Source: a virus
Lineage: Duplodnaviria > Caudoviricetes
Reading direction: 5' to 3' (one strand)
IMG/VR virus record: IMGVR_UViG_3300038520_001754
Coordinates: 1-40,415 of that record
Length of the DNA stretch: 40,415 bases
Under the pieces are notes generated by a model. The model saw nothing but the letters and a program-made list of their open reading frames with translations, did no database searches and was not told where the DNA came from. A program made the position numbers and the translations under genes. Shown one piece after another: positions 8,101 to 17,311 of the stretch (the stretch's first letter is position 1; every line of letters begins with the position of its first letter).

Positions 8101-10728
8101 AGCGTCTTGATACAATACACCAGCTGAATATTTGAAGCCGTTCCTCGTTTGATTTTGTTCTCTCAAAAGATTGGTAGAGGACGTCGCGTTATACCGATAC
8201 ATATACAAATAGTTATATGACCCTCCAGCCGTTTGATAAGCGGCATACGGGTCTGCGGCATGACTAATCAAACCATACGGAACTGAAGCTCCACTCACAT
8301 TTAGGTTTTTGTACATATCAAAACCTAGATAATTCGCATGCTGTGTGCTGGACAAAGTCTGTATCAAAGTGTCATCTGGGACACTGCCAAATCCGGGTGT
8401 TGAACCGCCGACTGTTTGACCCGTCCTGTTTCTGGCTATGAACGTGTAATTTGTATAATTGATATTACTGTTTGAGGAATTGCCACTTGCCCTCATCCAC
8501 TTGGGGCGTTGGCCCACGGTGAAGTTTTCGTACTTACCACTATTATTTGATTGCCAAGATTCAATTGCCCCCTTAGCTATTTGGTGCATAAGAGGCAAGT
8601 GCTCACTAGCCGTTGTGAAAGCTATCGCGCCAGACGCGACGGTTGGCAATGAGCCGCCATTGGTAGCGGTTATAGATGTCGTGTTACCTGTCGTGAGTCC
8701 GTGATTTGCGTAATAAAATGAGTCTCTGTTTGGCTTGGTAGCGCTTATAGTCAACCCGGATACCGTTCCAGAAACTTCCCAAATATTTTTACCCAGCACT
8801 CTAAGGCGATTATTGTCTATGGGGTCAACTGCAACGCTGTTTCCAGACTCATTGGTGAGAGTTACGACATTTGACACCCATGACCCGCCACTACTGTCAT
8901 TCGTGTAAAAATGATTGTTTGTTGTCAAAGTCAAGGTATCGCCCATTGAGGCCCCATGATTTGACACCCAAATGCTATTGCCCTCCGGGTCTTCTATGAG
9001 GGGTATGACGTAGTTATTTTTAGCTGTGAAATTCACATCATAGTTGGCCCCATAATTGAAGCCATCTGAGTAGAACGTGTAAAATTCATAATCCGGGTTG
9101 TTAGCTTCATTGAAATTGCCGCTGAAATAACCTGTCTCAGATGACCACGCACCTCGATAGTTATTGCGAAATCTCTCTGGCGTTTGGAAAGGAAAATATC
9201 TATAGACGCTGTCGTTGTTAGCGGTTGCCGCTGTTATGGGGAAGTGAAAGTTGGTGTTGTAGTTCTCTCCCCAATAATACGCTATACCTGCGGTCGTGCC
9301 AAAACCACTTGCTGACCTCTCGCAGAACAAGAGGTGCTGAGGACGGGTATTCAGAGAAACGCCGTACGCCCCCACAGACGCGCTGAGGTCGCGTCCAGAG
9401 CCGGAACCACTATTATTGCTGGCATACGTCTTCCAAGTGATTCTGTAATTCGATGCTGGTTTGCTGACGTTGTATAATTCATACGCAATACACAGCAAGT
9501 GTTTTCCTGAGTTTGATGTTCCGTATCCTGTTAAGTTTACGACGTTGCCTGATGTGTCTTTGAGCTTTATGTTGCTGTTGTCTAATTTGTCCACATAGTA
9601 GATATCAAACCTATTCAGACCGGCTATCTCATCGTCGTGTACGGGGGCGACATAGGCCACGCAATCATCTGTCTCCAGCCCATGTCCTATCCATTGGATG
9701 GAGTTGTTTGAAAGGTTCACATTGCCAGCTCCCGGCTCAAATTTTAGAGCGTGTGAGCCTATGACACCTCTTGTCTCTGTGCGCCCTTGGACGAAATCGC
9801 TTAGTTTGTTTACAGCCGCAGTGTCTCTATATTCTACATAATAATCGCCGTCTGGAGCCGCACCTGTGGTGTTGGTCACAGACGCTGTGCGGGTTCCAAG
9901 AGTGTTCAATAGATATATTTCAGTTCCTTCTTCAAACCCGTGAACTTGGCTTGTATTGACGGTCAATTTACTTTGTGCCGCGCCGTCGCTCACAATCCCG
10001 TCCTCTTCATTGTACTCAAGTTGAGAGCCATTGAAGAATCTGCCAGCTATGATAGTCGTGTAAGACCCAAACAAGCTTTGCGTTACTGATTGCGTGGATT
10101 TCGCCTTGTAAACAAATGTCGAGTCAGTTGGTGTGGAGGTAATCAAGAAATTACCTTCAGCCGTTACAGACGCCAAACCTCGCACATCTATCGGGGTTCC
10201 CACGGTCAAACGATGTGGGGACGAGAACGTGACAGTGATTTGGTCACTGCCAGCCTGAGATGTGACAGCCGTTATCCCGGTCAATGAAGCATCGCCGGTC
10301 GTTGAGTGATATGACGGATAATTATTTACAAGCTCAAGAGTCTCCCATTTAGACGACTGCAGGCCATACTCAAAATCGGTGTCAATCAGGTTTTCCGGGT
10401 TCGATATACGTAGCTTGTTTACCGGGTCATAGAATGACGCTTTGAAATCTATCTCTTGCGCGTCGTAATCAACAAATATCTGTAGCTCTGTCTGGTCATT
10501 TATCCCGATAGCTGATACGTCGGTATCAAGTGTGAACGAGGTGTAATCAGTTGTAGAGCTATATGACCTAGCGCTGAAGCCTTTTCCAGTTTGCGAAAAG
10601 TTGTATATGATTTGATTGTTGGTGACATCTGTAATGAGCAATAACTGCTCGCCCTTGATGTTGCCGCGAATCTGAACAACATCCGTAGTGCTGTTCAATA
10701 TGTAGTCATGGATAAGTTTTTTGGCCAT
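5128..10728 (-). CDS. Large virion structural/fibre protein (1866 aa)
   Basis: Ser/Thr/Gly/Asn-rich with repeated HGL/HRL..G beta modules; N-terminus LLLITDVTNNQIIYNF; lies within the fibre block. Confidence 0.7.
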   Translation of the reverse strand: MAKKLIHDYILNSTTDVVQIRGNIKGEQLLLITDVTNNQIIYNFSQTGKGFSARSYSSTTDYTSFTLDTDVSAIGINDQTELQIFVDYDAQEIDFKASFYDPVNKLRISNPENLIDTDFEYGLQSSKWETLELVNNYPSYHSTTGDASLTGITAVTSQAGSDQITVTFSSPHRLTVGTPIDVRGLASVTAEGNFLITSTPTDSTFVYKAKSTQSVTQSLFGSYTTIIAGRFFNGSQLEYNEEDGIVSDGAAQSKLTVNTSQVHGFEEGTEIYLLNTLGTRTASVTNTTGAAPDGDYYVEYRDTAAVNKLSDFVQGRTETRGVIGSHALKFEPGAGNVNLSNNSIQWIGHGLETDDCVAYVAPVHDDEIAGLNRFDIYYVDKLDNSNIKLKDTSGNVVNLTGYGTSNSGKHLLCIAYELYNVSKPASNYRITWKTYASNNSGSGSGRDLSASVGAYGVSLNTRPQHLLFCERSASGFGTTAGIAYYWGENYNTNFHFPITAATANNDSVYRYFPFQTPERFRNNYRGAWSSETGYFSGNFNEANNPDYEFYTFYSDGFNYGANYDVNFTAKNNYVIPLIEDPEGNSIWVSNHGASMGDTLTLTTNNHFYTNDSSGGSWVSNVVTLTNESGNSVAVDPIDNNRLRVLGKNIWEVSGTVSGLTISATKPNRDSFYYANHGLTTGNTTSITATNGGSLPTVASGAIAFTTASEHLPLMHQIAKGAIESWQSNNSGKYENFTVGQRPKWMRASGNSSNSNINYTNYTFIARNRTGQTVGGSTPGFGSVPDDTLIQTLSSTQHANYLGFDMYKNLNVSGASVPYGLISHAADPYAAYQTAGGSYNYLYMYRYNATSSTNLLREQNQTRNGFKYSAGVLYQDADSNHSGGIAVTLAIWKDAWAVNTNQTPSSSVSVASYSSYGYLYQAMPTYSACWYNGVFQMQVPAGATFSATDAQNLVYGIVDAFAANFTYPTLSSGDTVGVTVINNNRFSIFDTSTQLPFDFQNSGTPDITFGSISATGTSYGELDGTYPIHDSPTVQSYRLQLPFASNPRSIVFPSSDVDATQNTIEATGHGLVTGMPFVYTASQKINGLNSGNTYYAIVVNEDLLRVASSSADALAGSAIDFLNTGTGNHTITINSVTGMTPQAGVITTEAGSAIITGDVDSLFKRYWKTGDTIIIKNTTTSPATLVESEVKIIPTDGKIELTSPLNFTSTTSKVFRKTELYVRPNGLFQHKPFDGGVAIQTGTSPNSSLVRQTRKYFRYQSGKGIQTSYAMNFNPPVQLENLTGNGTTATARTRYPHRLKVGNSIEVVNSEDANFNGTFTVATVPDEFRFTYTASSSLSAKPNGFPDVYINTYSDSYVRGGMFDEQNGFFYEYDGQYIYCVRRSSTQQLSGTFAVTNRSHRVEGTNTSCDRQLTAGDMIVIRGQSYKVTYVDGANKIDIAPAYRGVTGTGVIITKTIDTKVRQENWSIDPCDGNGESGFNLDLKKIQMAYMDYAWYGAGKIRFGWKGNDGKVIYTHEFIHNNKLKESYFRSGNLPARYEVGTTTAPEYYPALFHWGTSVIMDGTFDDDKAYLFTSNSNTLTFSNGLLVTATTTEASFLNFEYDYQTRVYNWFVNIPFATTDASKLITGTPMFTSGGELTGQVIHSTQYKKIAGTPRIIARIYILSSFYQPNQNLYPSVPQGTSVSLGASTAGTTDVDLGTALIPLISIRLAPSVDGGLSGALGQRDIINRMQLKLNTVGVVLTHDCEVSMILNSDLSTTAFENVQSPSLCQTIKHEIGQEIFGGSNLFQFRASGGTEDSAGQNTSNTSNFELGEIIDLGNSILGGDGVYPNGPDLLTIAVKVLNSSGVSATNQFQASARISWAESQA

Positions 10729-10734
10729 ACCCGA

Positions 10735-12195
10735 TTACCCCAGAGCTATTGCAAACGCGATTGCATCTGATTGGGAAAGCCCACCCGTGACAGACGCCGT
10801 TGACGCTATAGTCAGTGTATCAGTACTTGCGTTGGTTGTTACAGTTATATCATTGCCGCCGACTACGGTTAATGTGTCCGTTGCTCCATCAGCTACGATG
10901 TCGGACTGTCCAGCTACGGCTATTGTCTTGAAGGCTTCATTAACAGCGCCACCGCCCCCTCCCGTTGATGGCGTTACTGATTCCCATCTAGTATTACTGC
11001 CTGACCATGTGAGAACCTGACCGTCAGACGGCGACATAGACGAATAAACGTCTGAGAGATTTTTAATAGATTGGCCTGTGATGCCTGTCAGATATCCTGA
11101 GTCATTCGTCAAGTCAGAGACGTTTGACGGCACATCAGATGTGAGCGCTACTGTCCCTGTGGATGTGGGCAAAGTCACTGTCACGTTGCCAGAATAATTA
11201 GCGTGCGCGGGCGACTGCAATCTGACCCGGTGCTGGTTGTTCGTCTCACAGTACAAATCAATGTAAGCTGGCGTTGACCCCCCTACAAACATTGTGATAG
11301 ACCCGTCAGCAACTACTGTGCCGCTTGTCGAGCCGTTGCCATTGATTGTCAAAGTCCCGCTTGTGGTGTCACTGGCATCGTCGCGCAGATAGTTTGTCAC
11401 TGCGGCTGGTATATCTGTGGTGAGTGCCAATGTCCCGGTGTTATTTGGAAATGTGTAGGTCTGGCTTTGGGTCAAGGTCGGCATGGTCAGCATCCCAAAA
11501 TATGAAGGTTGCTGAAAAAAGATTGAGCCGTTGTTGTCTAATACAAAATCACCGCTGTCACGGAATGTGAACCTATCTGCTATTGTGCTACTGCCTTCAG
11601 CCAACTGAATTTTTACGTCCGCACCGGCTTTAGTGCTGGTAAATGTTGACGTACTATCCACTTTAATTCTTGCTATAACGCCCGTGGCATTTCCTCCACT
11701 CGCTTCATTGGGGGCGCTGAATTCTATCCTTCCTAGCTCGTCTGTTGACGTTATTGTCGTGTCTGTGTTTTGTATGCGAACAAGCCCACCATTGAAACTA
11801 GCGCCTCGTTTGGTTGTTAGGGTGCCGTTTAAATTGACGTTTCCGTTGCCTTGAATTGTCTTGCCAGCGCAATCTAAATCTGTGCCAAGTGTCGGATTGT
11901 TATCGGCGCTAAGGGACGAGATGCCGGGAGCTACCCAATCGTAGTCTGCGCCGTCGTAGGCAAGTACCTCATTCGTTTGTGCAGTGCTGAGGTTGAGGTG
12001 AGAGTCAACATCCGAATTGCCATAGCTTCCACCACCACCGCCTGACCCGGATATTGTTTTGATGTTGCCGTCTGTGTGCTTGGTGAAAATTTTAGCGTCA
12101 GCCGTGTTGACAGCTAATTCACCTACTTCTAAATCGTTAGGTACGGGGGTATCACCTGCTGTGCTAGACCTCTTGAGTCGTATCGTGTTGCTCAT
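10735..12195 (-). CDS. Fibre protein (486 aa)
   Basis: MSNTIRLKRSSTAG..P..L.VGELAVNTAD N-terminus, TLP..TGT.ALT.D repeats, Gly linkers, C-terminal AIAFAIALG. Confidence 0.75.
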   Translation of the reverse strand: MSNTIRLKRSSTAGDTPVPNDLEVGELAVNTADAKIFTKHTDGNIKTISGSGGGGGSYGNSDVDSHLNLSTAQTNEVLAYDGADYDWVAPGISSLSADNNPTLGTDLDCAGKTIQGNGNVNLNGTLTTKRGASFNGGLVRIQNTDTTITSTDELGRIEFSAPNEASGGNATGVIARIKVDSTSTFTSTKAGADVKIQLAEGSSTIADRFTFRDSGDFVLDNNGSIFFQQPSYFGMLTMPTLTQSQTYTFPNNTGTLALTTDIPAAVTNYLRDDASDTTSGTLTINGNGSTSGTVVADGSITMFVGGSTPAYIDLYCETNNQHRVRLQSPAHANYSGNVTVTLPTSTGTVALTSDVPSNVSDLTNDSGYLTGITGQSIKNLSDVYSSMSPSDGQVLTWSGSNTRWESVTPSTGGGGGAVNEAFKTIAVAGQSDIVADGATDTLTVVGGNDITVTTNASTDTLTIASTASVTGGLSQSDAIAFAIALG

Positions 12196-12577
12196 CTAGT
12201 TTACTCCGTGCCTTTCTTGGTCTGCCTCGTTTTGGCTTTTGTGGTTGCCCTTGTCTCAGGTTTGTATTTTCCTCTTGCGCTAACTGCCTCTCTTTTTTGC
12301 ATTTTTTCAATTGCTTGATGAGGTCTTCGTTCTGCTCTTTTAGCGCCTCGATGTTTGACATCACTTTTGTAATCTCAGTTTTCAATTCCTCCCTTTGGTC
12401 AATCGCCGGGAGCATCTCCGCTATTTTTTCTGAGGCATTCTTTACGTCATCAAAAGCCATTCTAGCTTGAGCGTCACGCTCTAAATACTTCCCCAATAAC
12501 TCCCCTAAAAATGATTCCTGTGCATTTATGTAGTATTGACTAAATCTGCTCTTCTGAGCATTGATGTCGTCTGACAT
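12164..12577 (-). CDS. Coiled-coil hypothetical protein (possible fibre chaperone)
   Basis: Heptad-rich middle, basic KPKRGRPRK tail; RBS present. Confidence 0.6.
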   Translation of the reverse strand: MSDDINAQKSRFSQYYINAQESFLGELLGKYLERDAQARMAFDDVKNASEKIAEMLPAIDQREELKTEITKVMSNIEALKEQNEDLIKQLKKCKKERQLAQEENTNLRQGQPQKPKRGRPRKARSKLDEQHDTTQEV

Positions 12578-12592
12578 GATTTACCTTTCCCG

Positions 12593-13756
12593 TTAATATG
12601 TTCCACCATCAATTATCTTGTTGGTCAATGTTTGACTTGCCGCCTTGAATACAAATTCGTCATTACCGTCTAACACTGGCAAAGTTACCGTCCTGTCTGC
12701 CGTCAGTTCTGAAGCCGCAAACACGTATTGATGGTCTGAGCTTGCATCATTTATTTGCGGGGTTGTGAGAACCGGGCTAGTCAAAGTCTTGGATGACAAC
12801 GTTTGTGTATCTGACGTTCCTACAATATCCCCTGTGGGGCCAGCCTTGCCTCTGAGCAAATCCGCATTCAAGTTTGATACTAAGGTGTTTGATGTGACAG
12901 TAAATGGAGCCGTGCCTTGTGAGATGTCTGATGTGAAAGTTGCGGCCCTAACATTGCTGGATGCGTCTATGCCTTGGGTAAAAATCATGTGGAATTGCTT
13001 GTTTTGTTTACCCAAGCTGTGACCACCATCTACATCTGGGAAGGTCTCTAAGTTTGTTATTCTTAACTCGTCTGCCCCACCTATTTTGATATCTATTTGG
13101 TCATCAGTGTCGGCTGTGATTGACGTATCCCCGTCCAAATCCAAGATGAGTTCTGTGCCATCCATATCCAATGATGTCACGACTTTACCGGCAGTTATTT
13201 CAGGACTGCCTGATAAGTTACCTTCAAAGGTTCTAGCAACAAGTGTCGCCCCAACAAAACTAGCATGACCATCGTTGACCGTAGTTCCGGGTTCAGCTTC
13301 CAGATTGGAATACCACTTTATCTTTCCGCTATCGGATGCATCCCGGAACCAACCGGCGTAAGCTGTTGTGTTTGCCGCTCCCGGTGCTTTGTTGTATGAG
13401 CCGTATGTACCAAAGTCCACAGAATCAGTAACGACTCCATTAGACCCGTCATTGTTGTTGTTTCTTGCTAACTCAAATTGTGGGTCTTCAATCGCTACGT
13501 TTGTGCTGTCAATCGTTGTCGTGGTTCCCGATACTGAGAGATTACCGCTGACAGTCAAATCACCTGTGAACGTGTCGTTGGTATTTTTTCTGAGGAACGC
13601 ACCTCCACCACCAATGGTTCGTATGTTGTCTCCGGCGTCACGGTAAAATAACGTCTCTGTAGCTTCTGTGAAACCTAGCTCACCCCTAGCAATATCGTTG
13701 ATGGTGGCGGCATCATTGTTTGTGACGTTGCGTTTAATTTTAATTGTGTTCGCCAT
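12593..13756 (-). CDS. Fibre protein (387 aa)
   Basis: MANTIKIKR...GELGFTE, GDLTVSGNLSVSGTTTTIDST, QTLTNK repeats, C-terminal IDGGTY. Confidence 0.75.
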   Translation of the reverse strand: MANTIKIKRNVTNNDAATINDIARGELGFTEATETLFYRDAGDNIRTIGGGGAFLRKNTNDTFTGDLTVSGNLSVSGTTTTIDSTNVAIEDPQFELARNNNNDGSNGVVTDSVDFGTYGSYNKAPGAANTTAYAGWFRDASDSGKIKWYSNLEAEPGTTVNDGHASFVGATLVARTFEGNLSGSPEITAGKVVTSLDMDGTELILDLDGDTSITADTDDQIDIKIGGADELRITNLETFPDVDGGHSLGKQNKQFHMIFTQGIDASSNVRAATFTSDISQGTAPFTVTSNTLVSNLNADLLRGKAGPTGDIVGTSDTQTLSSKTLTSPVLTTPQINDASSDHQYVFAASELTADRTVTLPVLDGNDEFVFKAASQTLTNKIIDGGTY

Positions 13757-13767
13757 AAATCAATCTC

Positions 13768-14034
13768 CTAATAAGTTCCAGCGTCTACCTCTGTGGTGAA
13801 CACCCATTCGTCAGTTTGAGAGTTAAACACCAACAGGTCGCCATTCACAGGTGTGTCGGTGAGTGTGACGAGTTTACCGCCTAATTCTTGAGAGCCGGAT
13901 GGGCCTCTTGGCCCCTGTATCCCGACTGTGACAACCTCCACCCGCACGGGTGTCACCTCTACGGTTTTTCCGTTGTCAGAAATTACTGTAACTGTCTTTT
14001 GACTTTCTAATACTGTGACCGTTTTTTCTGTCAT
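13768..14034 (-). CDS. Small structural adaptor with short collagen-like segment
   Basis: GIQGPRGPSG triplets; C-terminal VDAGTY. Confidence 0.6.
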   Translation of the reverse strand: MTEKTVTVLESQKTVTVISDNGKTVEVTPVRVEVVTVGIQGPRGPSGSQELGGKLVTLTDTPVNGDLLVFNSQTDEWVFTTEVDAGTY

Positions 14035-14375
14035 CGCGTTATCTCTCTTTCGACGACAAACGTGCCTTTTAAAATTCTGTCAACGACTGCGCCACTAACA
14101 AGCTCTAAATCATAAACGCCCTCCACGGGATTCATCGCGCCTGTCTCTGTAGCTGTTAAACCTATGTCTATTGTCCCTAGAGCGCCCCCTAGGGTGATTC
14201 CGGCTCCACTTGTGAGGGAAAATACTGTTGCATCATCGTCAGCCCGTCTACGGCCCTGCATACGCGCTGTATATCCTGAGAGGTTTACCAGCGCCCCCGT
14301 CTCATCTTTGTAGGTCAAGTTGAGCGCAAATGTCGCCCCCTGTTCTATTTTGATGTGATACGTTCCGGCTGACAT
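14031..14375 (-). CDS. Virion structural protein (beta-sandwich, possible fibre base)
   Basis: IEQGATF.L...Y.D..G..VNLSGYTARMQ.R...GVYDLEL......RIL.G.F.V pattern often found upstream of phage fibre genes. Confidence 0.6.
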   Translation of the reverse strand: MSAGTYHIKIEQGATFALNLTYKDETGALVNLSGYTARMQGRRRADDDATVFSLTSGAGITLGGALGTIDIGLTATETGAMNPVEGVYDLELVSGAVVDRILKGTFVVEREITR

Positions 14376-14389
14376 TTACCTACCTCGTC

Positions 14390-14659
14390 TTATCGCTTTT
14401 TCTTGCGTCTTTGAGGTTGTGGGGCTGTCTCAGTTTTTACCTCTGTCCCCAGTTCTCCGGGTTCTGGTGTGGACACTTTTGTTTCCGTTGGCGCAACCAC
14501 TTTGGTTTCCTCAGCAACTCCCGCATCGACGAAAGCACTAGCCAAAACTTTTTGCCAAGGTAGTTTCGCATCCATCTCTTCACCCGCCGCATAAATTCGC
14601 GTAGTAGACCCGCTACCATCTGCCGCTCCTTTTGTGCTTTGTAGCATAGTTATCTTCAT
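14390..14659 (-). CDS. Small head-associated hypothetical protein
   Basis: AGGAG RBS; basic C-terminal RRKKKR; typical position after capsid genes. Confidence 0.6.
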   Translation of the reverse strand: MKITMLQSTKGAADGSGSTTRIYAAGEEMDAKLPWQKVLASAFVDAGVAEETKVVAPTETKVSTPEPGELGTEVKTETAPQPQRRKKKR

Positions 14660-14717
14660 CGTTTTCTCCTTTCAGGTCAGGGGTGGCACTGACCGTTGGC
14701 CACCCCCTCCCATCCCG

Positions 14718-15149
14718 TTAAGAGTCAGTCGTGTGACGTGGGTGACCCTTAATGATTACAGCCGCAGTCGCTGTCGCACTACCATGTGTGCCAGAGCGCT
14801 CGTCCACAATTCGGACATAACGCTTGCCACCACGATAGCCGATTGTGGCTACTGCTGGTGCTTCCGCATTGTCATCAAACTTGGCAAACACGCCGTTTGA
14901 GTCAACTGTTCCCTCGATTACATCATTTGCAGATGTGACCGCTGTATACGTTGAGTCGTCGTCGGAATGCTCAATTTTGAACTCAATGAAGTTGGTGCCG
15001 CTTAGAGTGATGCCCTCAGCGCCAACCATTGCTACGGCTGTTGCTGATTCAAAACCCTGCAAGTCAACTCCAGCACCATTGGTGTCGGCTTGTCTCGCCT
15101 CTGCCGCAAGACTAGATACTGCGGCGATTGAGTTTACTAAGTCTTTCAT
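14718..15149 (-). CDS. Putative capsid decoration/cement protein
   Basis: Directly after MCP; GVDLQGFES, IEHSDD.STYT.V, IGYRGGKRYVR beta-rich pattern. Confidence 0.65.
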   Translation of the reverse strand: MKDLVNSIAAVSSLAAEARQADTNGAGVDLQGFESATAVAMVGAEGITLSGTNFIEFKIEHSDDDSTYTAVTSANDVIEGTVDSNGVFAKFDDNAEAPAVATIGYRGGKRYVRIVDERSGTHGSATATAAVIIKGHPRHTTDS

Positions 15150-15160
15150 GTTCGCCTCCT

Positions 15161-16384
15161 TTAAGCGCTAATGGTTTGAGTGCGAATAGCTTCTGGAAGC
15201 ACAACCTGACCACCAACACGGCGACGAGCAATATAACGAATATTGCCAGTAGTAGCCTGTGTGAATGGGTCACGTAGGACTGACAGATTTACCCGGTCAA
15301 CAATCAGATACCCTTGTTGGAAATTACCGAATATTACTGGCTTTGCGGATGCCGCAACGTCAGGCATATCTGGTGCCTCTACATAGGGATATCCCAGCAC
15401 GGTGTTTGGCACACCGGCTGTCAGCATCATTCCAGCTTGGAACACGTACTGACCTTGTCCGTCCTTCAGCTTACGAATTGCCGCAAGAGTAGAACGATTG
15501 AACATGAAAATTGCACCCTGACCATATTCGGTCTTGATGTCATGTACGAGGTCGAGTAGTCCATCACCGGTCAGTGCTGTGCCGCTACCTGAGTTAGTTG
15601 TTCCGACGTTTGAGTTAGTCAAAACACCTTCTGGCTTGCCGATGCTGTCACCGCTGATGAAGGATGTTCCTTCAGCTTTAGCGAACTGCGTAGCAAATTC
15701 AGATTGCATTTCGGCCTCAAGGTCAAAAACTGAATCCTCAAGTTCTTGCTCAGAAATGTCCACGAGAGCGTAAAGCTCATGTGTTGGAATCTCTTCCAAC
15801 TGAGTCGTGTACCCGGTTGTCTCTGCGCGTTGTCCTTGCTCCGCTACCCACTGCGCTGAAAACGTCGCGGTGCGTGACGGCATCTGGATAGCCTTTTGCG
15901 ATGTCGCACGGACACGTGCGGCGGCACGGAATGGCGTGATTTCAGTGATGGTCTTGATGAGTTCTTGAACGTACTCCGTTGGAGCCAAGAAACCAGCAGA
16001 CGTATCATCTGATACAGAGAGCGCTTTAATCTCTTCTGCATCTAGACCTTCCTTACCCTTCCTTAACCACGTGTCGAATGACTTGAGTGCCACATCAATG
16101 GACTTGCTGTCCATCTCTGTCCCAGCTTGGGGACGTTTCATGGATGTCTCAAGTTGCTCCATCTTTTCGCCCATGGACTTGGAATCGTTCTGCATGAGGG
16201 TCAACTTTTGATTGATGTCCTCAAGCTTGTCCAAATCCTCTTCGATGGCTTTGAGCTTGCCTTCTGTAAGTGGGTCTGCTGACCCCTTGGTTTCGATTTC
16301 GGCTAGACGAGCATCGTTGGTTGCTTTGAATTCCTCGAAAGCTGTTGCGATGCCATCTACTGCCTTTTTGATATCTTCAGACAT
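15161..16384 (-). CDS. Major capsid protein, HK97 fold with N-terminal delta domain
   Basis: Coiled-coil N-terminus, EEIKALSV putative cleavage site, AGFLAP.E, F..GD...KP.G, LGYP, FGNF..GY.IVDR, LRDPF, RRVGG. Confidence 0.97.
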   Translation of the reverse strand: MSEDIKKAVDGIATAFEEFKATNDARLAEIETKGSADPLTEGKLKAIEEDLDKLEDINQKLTLMQNDSKSMGEKMEQLETSMKRPQAGTEMDSKSIDVALKSFDTWLRKGKEGLDAEEIKALSVSDDTSAGFLAPTEYVQELIKTITEITPFRAAARVRATSQKAIQMPSRTATFSAQWVAEQGQRAETTGYTTQLEEIPTHELYALVDISEQELEDSVFDLEAEMQSEFATQFAKAEGTSFISGDSIGKPEGVLTNSNVGTTNSGSGTALTGDGLLDLVHDIKTEYGQGAIFMFNRSTLAAIRKLKDGQGQYVFQAGMMLTAGVPNTVLGYPYVEAPDMPDVAASAKPVIFGNFQQGYLIVDRVNLSVLRDPFTQATTGNIRYIARRRVGGQVVLPEAIRTQTISA

Positions 16385-16397
16385 TTGAATGCCTCCT

Positions 16398-17261
16398 TCA
16401 CGATTTCAAAAGATTGCTTAGATTAGTGATAGCTTCCATCACTTGTTTTTGCTCATCGCCAGCCTCTCGCTGGTCTAAAGCTTTTGCCACGGCGCTTGCC
16501 GCTACCTTCGCTTCGCTCCTTGAAAGTTCTCCTGCATCCCGCAGTATCTCTTCCCACTCACGAACCGATTTGCCCTCACCTTTAACCGCTTGAATCTTTG
16601 CGCGTTGATTCATTGGAAAAGTGACAGCAGATATCTCCATCAGGTCTACTTCCTTGATGATGCGTGCTTTGGTTTTCTCATCATGGTGATAGCCTTTTGG
16701 GGAAACTCGATAACCGATGGACAACCCGTCGATGGCCCCCATCTTCATTAATTCATAAACCTCACGCCCCTTTTGTGTGCCCATGGCCAGACGTCCCTTG
16801 ACCTTTAGGCCACGGTTGTCTTCTAGGATTTCTTCAAATACACCGATGGGTTGTTTTTGGTCGTGCTGATAAAGCATCTTGACGCCCTTTGGCCCTTTCC
16901 GGGCTAGGGATTTTGAAAATGCGCCTTGCTGGACTACGTCGTTGCCAAGGTCTTTATTATTAAAAATAGAACCGTATCCACTGAACCTACCCTTCTCTTC
17001 GTCGTCATCGTCGTCGTGGTAAGCTTTTATTTCAGCTTCAAAATCTAAATGTTTAGTCTCTTCGTCGTCTGATGTGACTACGATTTCTTCCGCAAGTTCG
17101 GTCATCTCTATCCCCTTTCCATACCCATCACGGTAACTGTTGAGGCAAACCGCCACCCTTTGGTCGCGGGTAGGAAACTCAACTCGCATAGAATCGCTGT
17201 CCATGCACCTCTCCATAAACTCTTTTTCAGACTCTCCTGATGTCGGTTTTGGGATTGGCAT
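16398..17261 (-). CDS. Prohead maturation protease (HK97 family) with extra N-terminal domain
   Basis: FSGYGSIFNNKD..ND....GAF, MLYQHD...PIG, GL.V.G.L, DGLSIGY, L.EISAVTFPMN. ATG at 17261 follows GGAGG (the track starts at TTG 17273). Confidence 0.93.
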   Translation of the reverse strand: MPIPKPTSGESEKEFMERCMDSDSMRVEFPTRDQRVAVCLNSYRDGYGKGIEMTELAEEIVVTSDDEETKHLDFEAEIKAYHDDDDDEEKGRFSGYGSIFNNKDLGNDVVQQGAFSKSLARKGPKGVKMLYQHDQKQPIGVFEEILEDNRGLKVKGRLAMGTQKGREVYELMKMGAIDGLSIGYRVSPKGYHHDEKTKARIIKEVDLMEISAVTFPMNQRAKIQAVKGEGKSVREWEEILRDAGELSRSEAKVAASAVAKALDQREAGDEQKQVMEAITNLSNLLKS

Positions 17262-17280
17262 ATATTCCTCCAATTACCTC

Positions 17281-17309
17281 AATGTAAAATAAAAATCAAG
17301 GTCTGGCAA
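17281..17309 (-). promoter_or_regulatory. Sigma70-type promoter for protease/capsid genes
   Basis: TTGCCA (17309-17304), 17 bp, TACATT (17286-17281) in the 50 bp intergenic gap. Confidence 0.6.
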
Positions 17310-17311
17310 CA

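Noticed and set aside
14680-14706. Terminator after the decoration gene (GGGGTGGC/GCCACCCC stem)
   Set aside because: No U-tract on the coding strand; could be a stabilising or attenuating hairpin but not supportable as a terminator.
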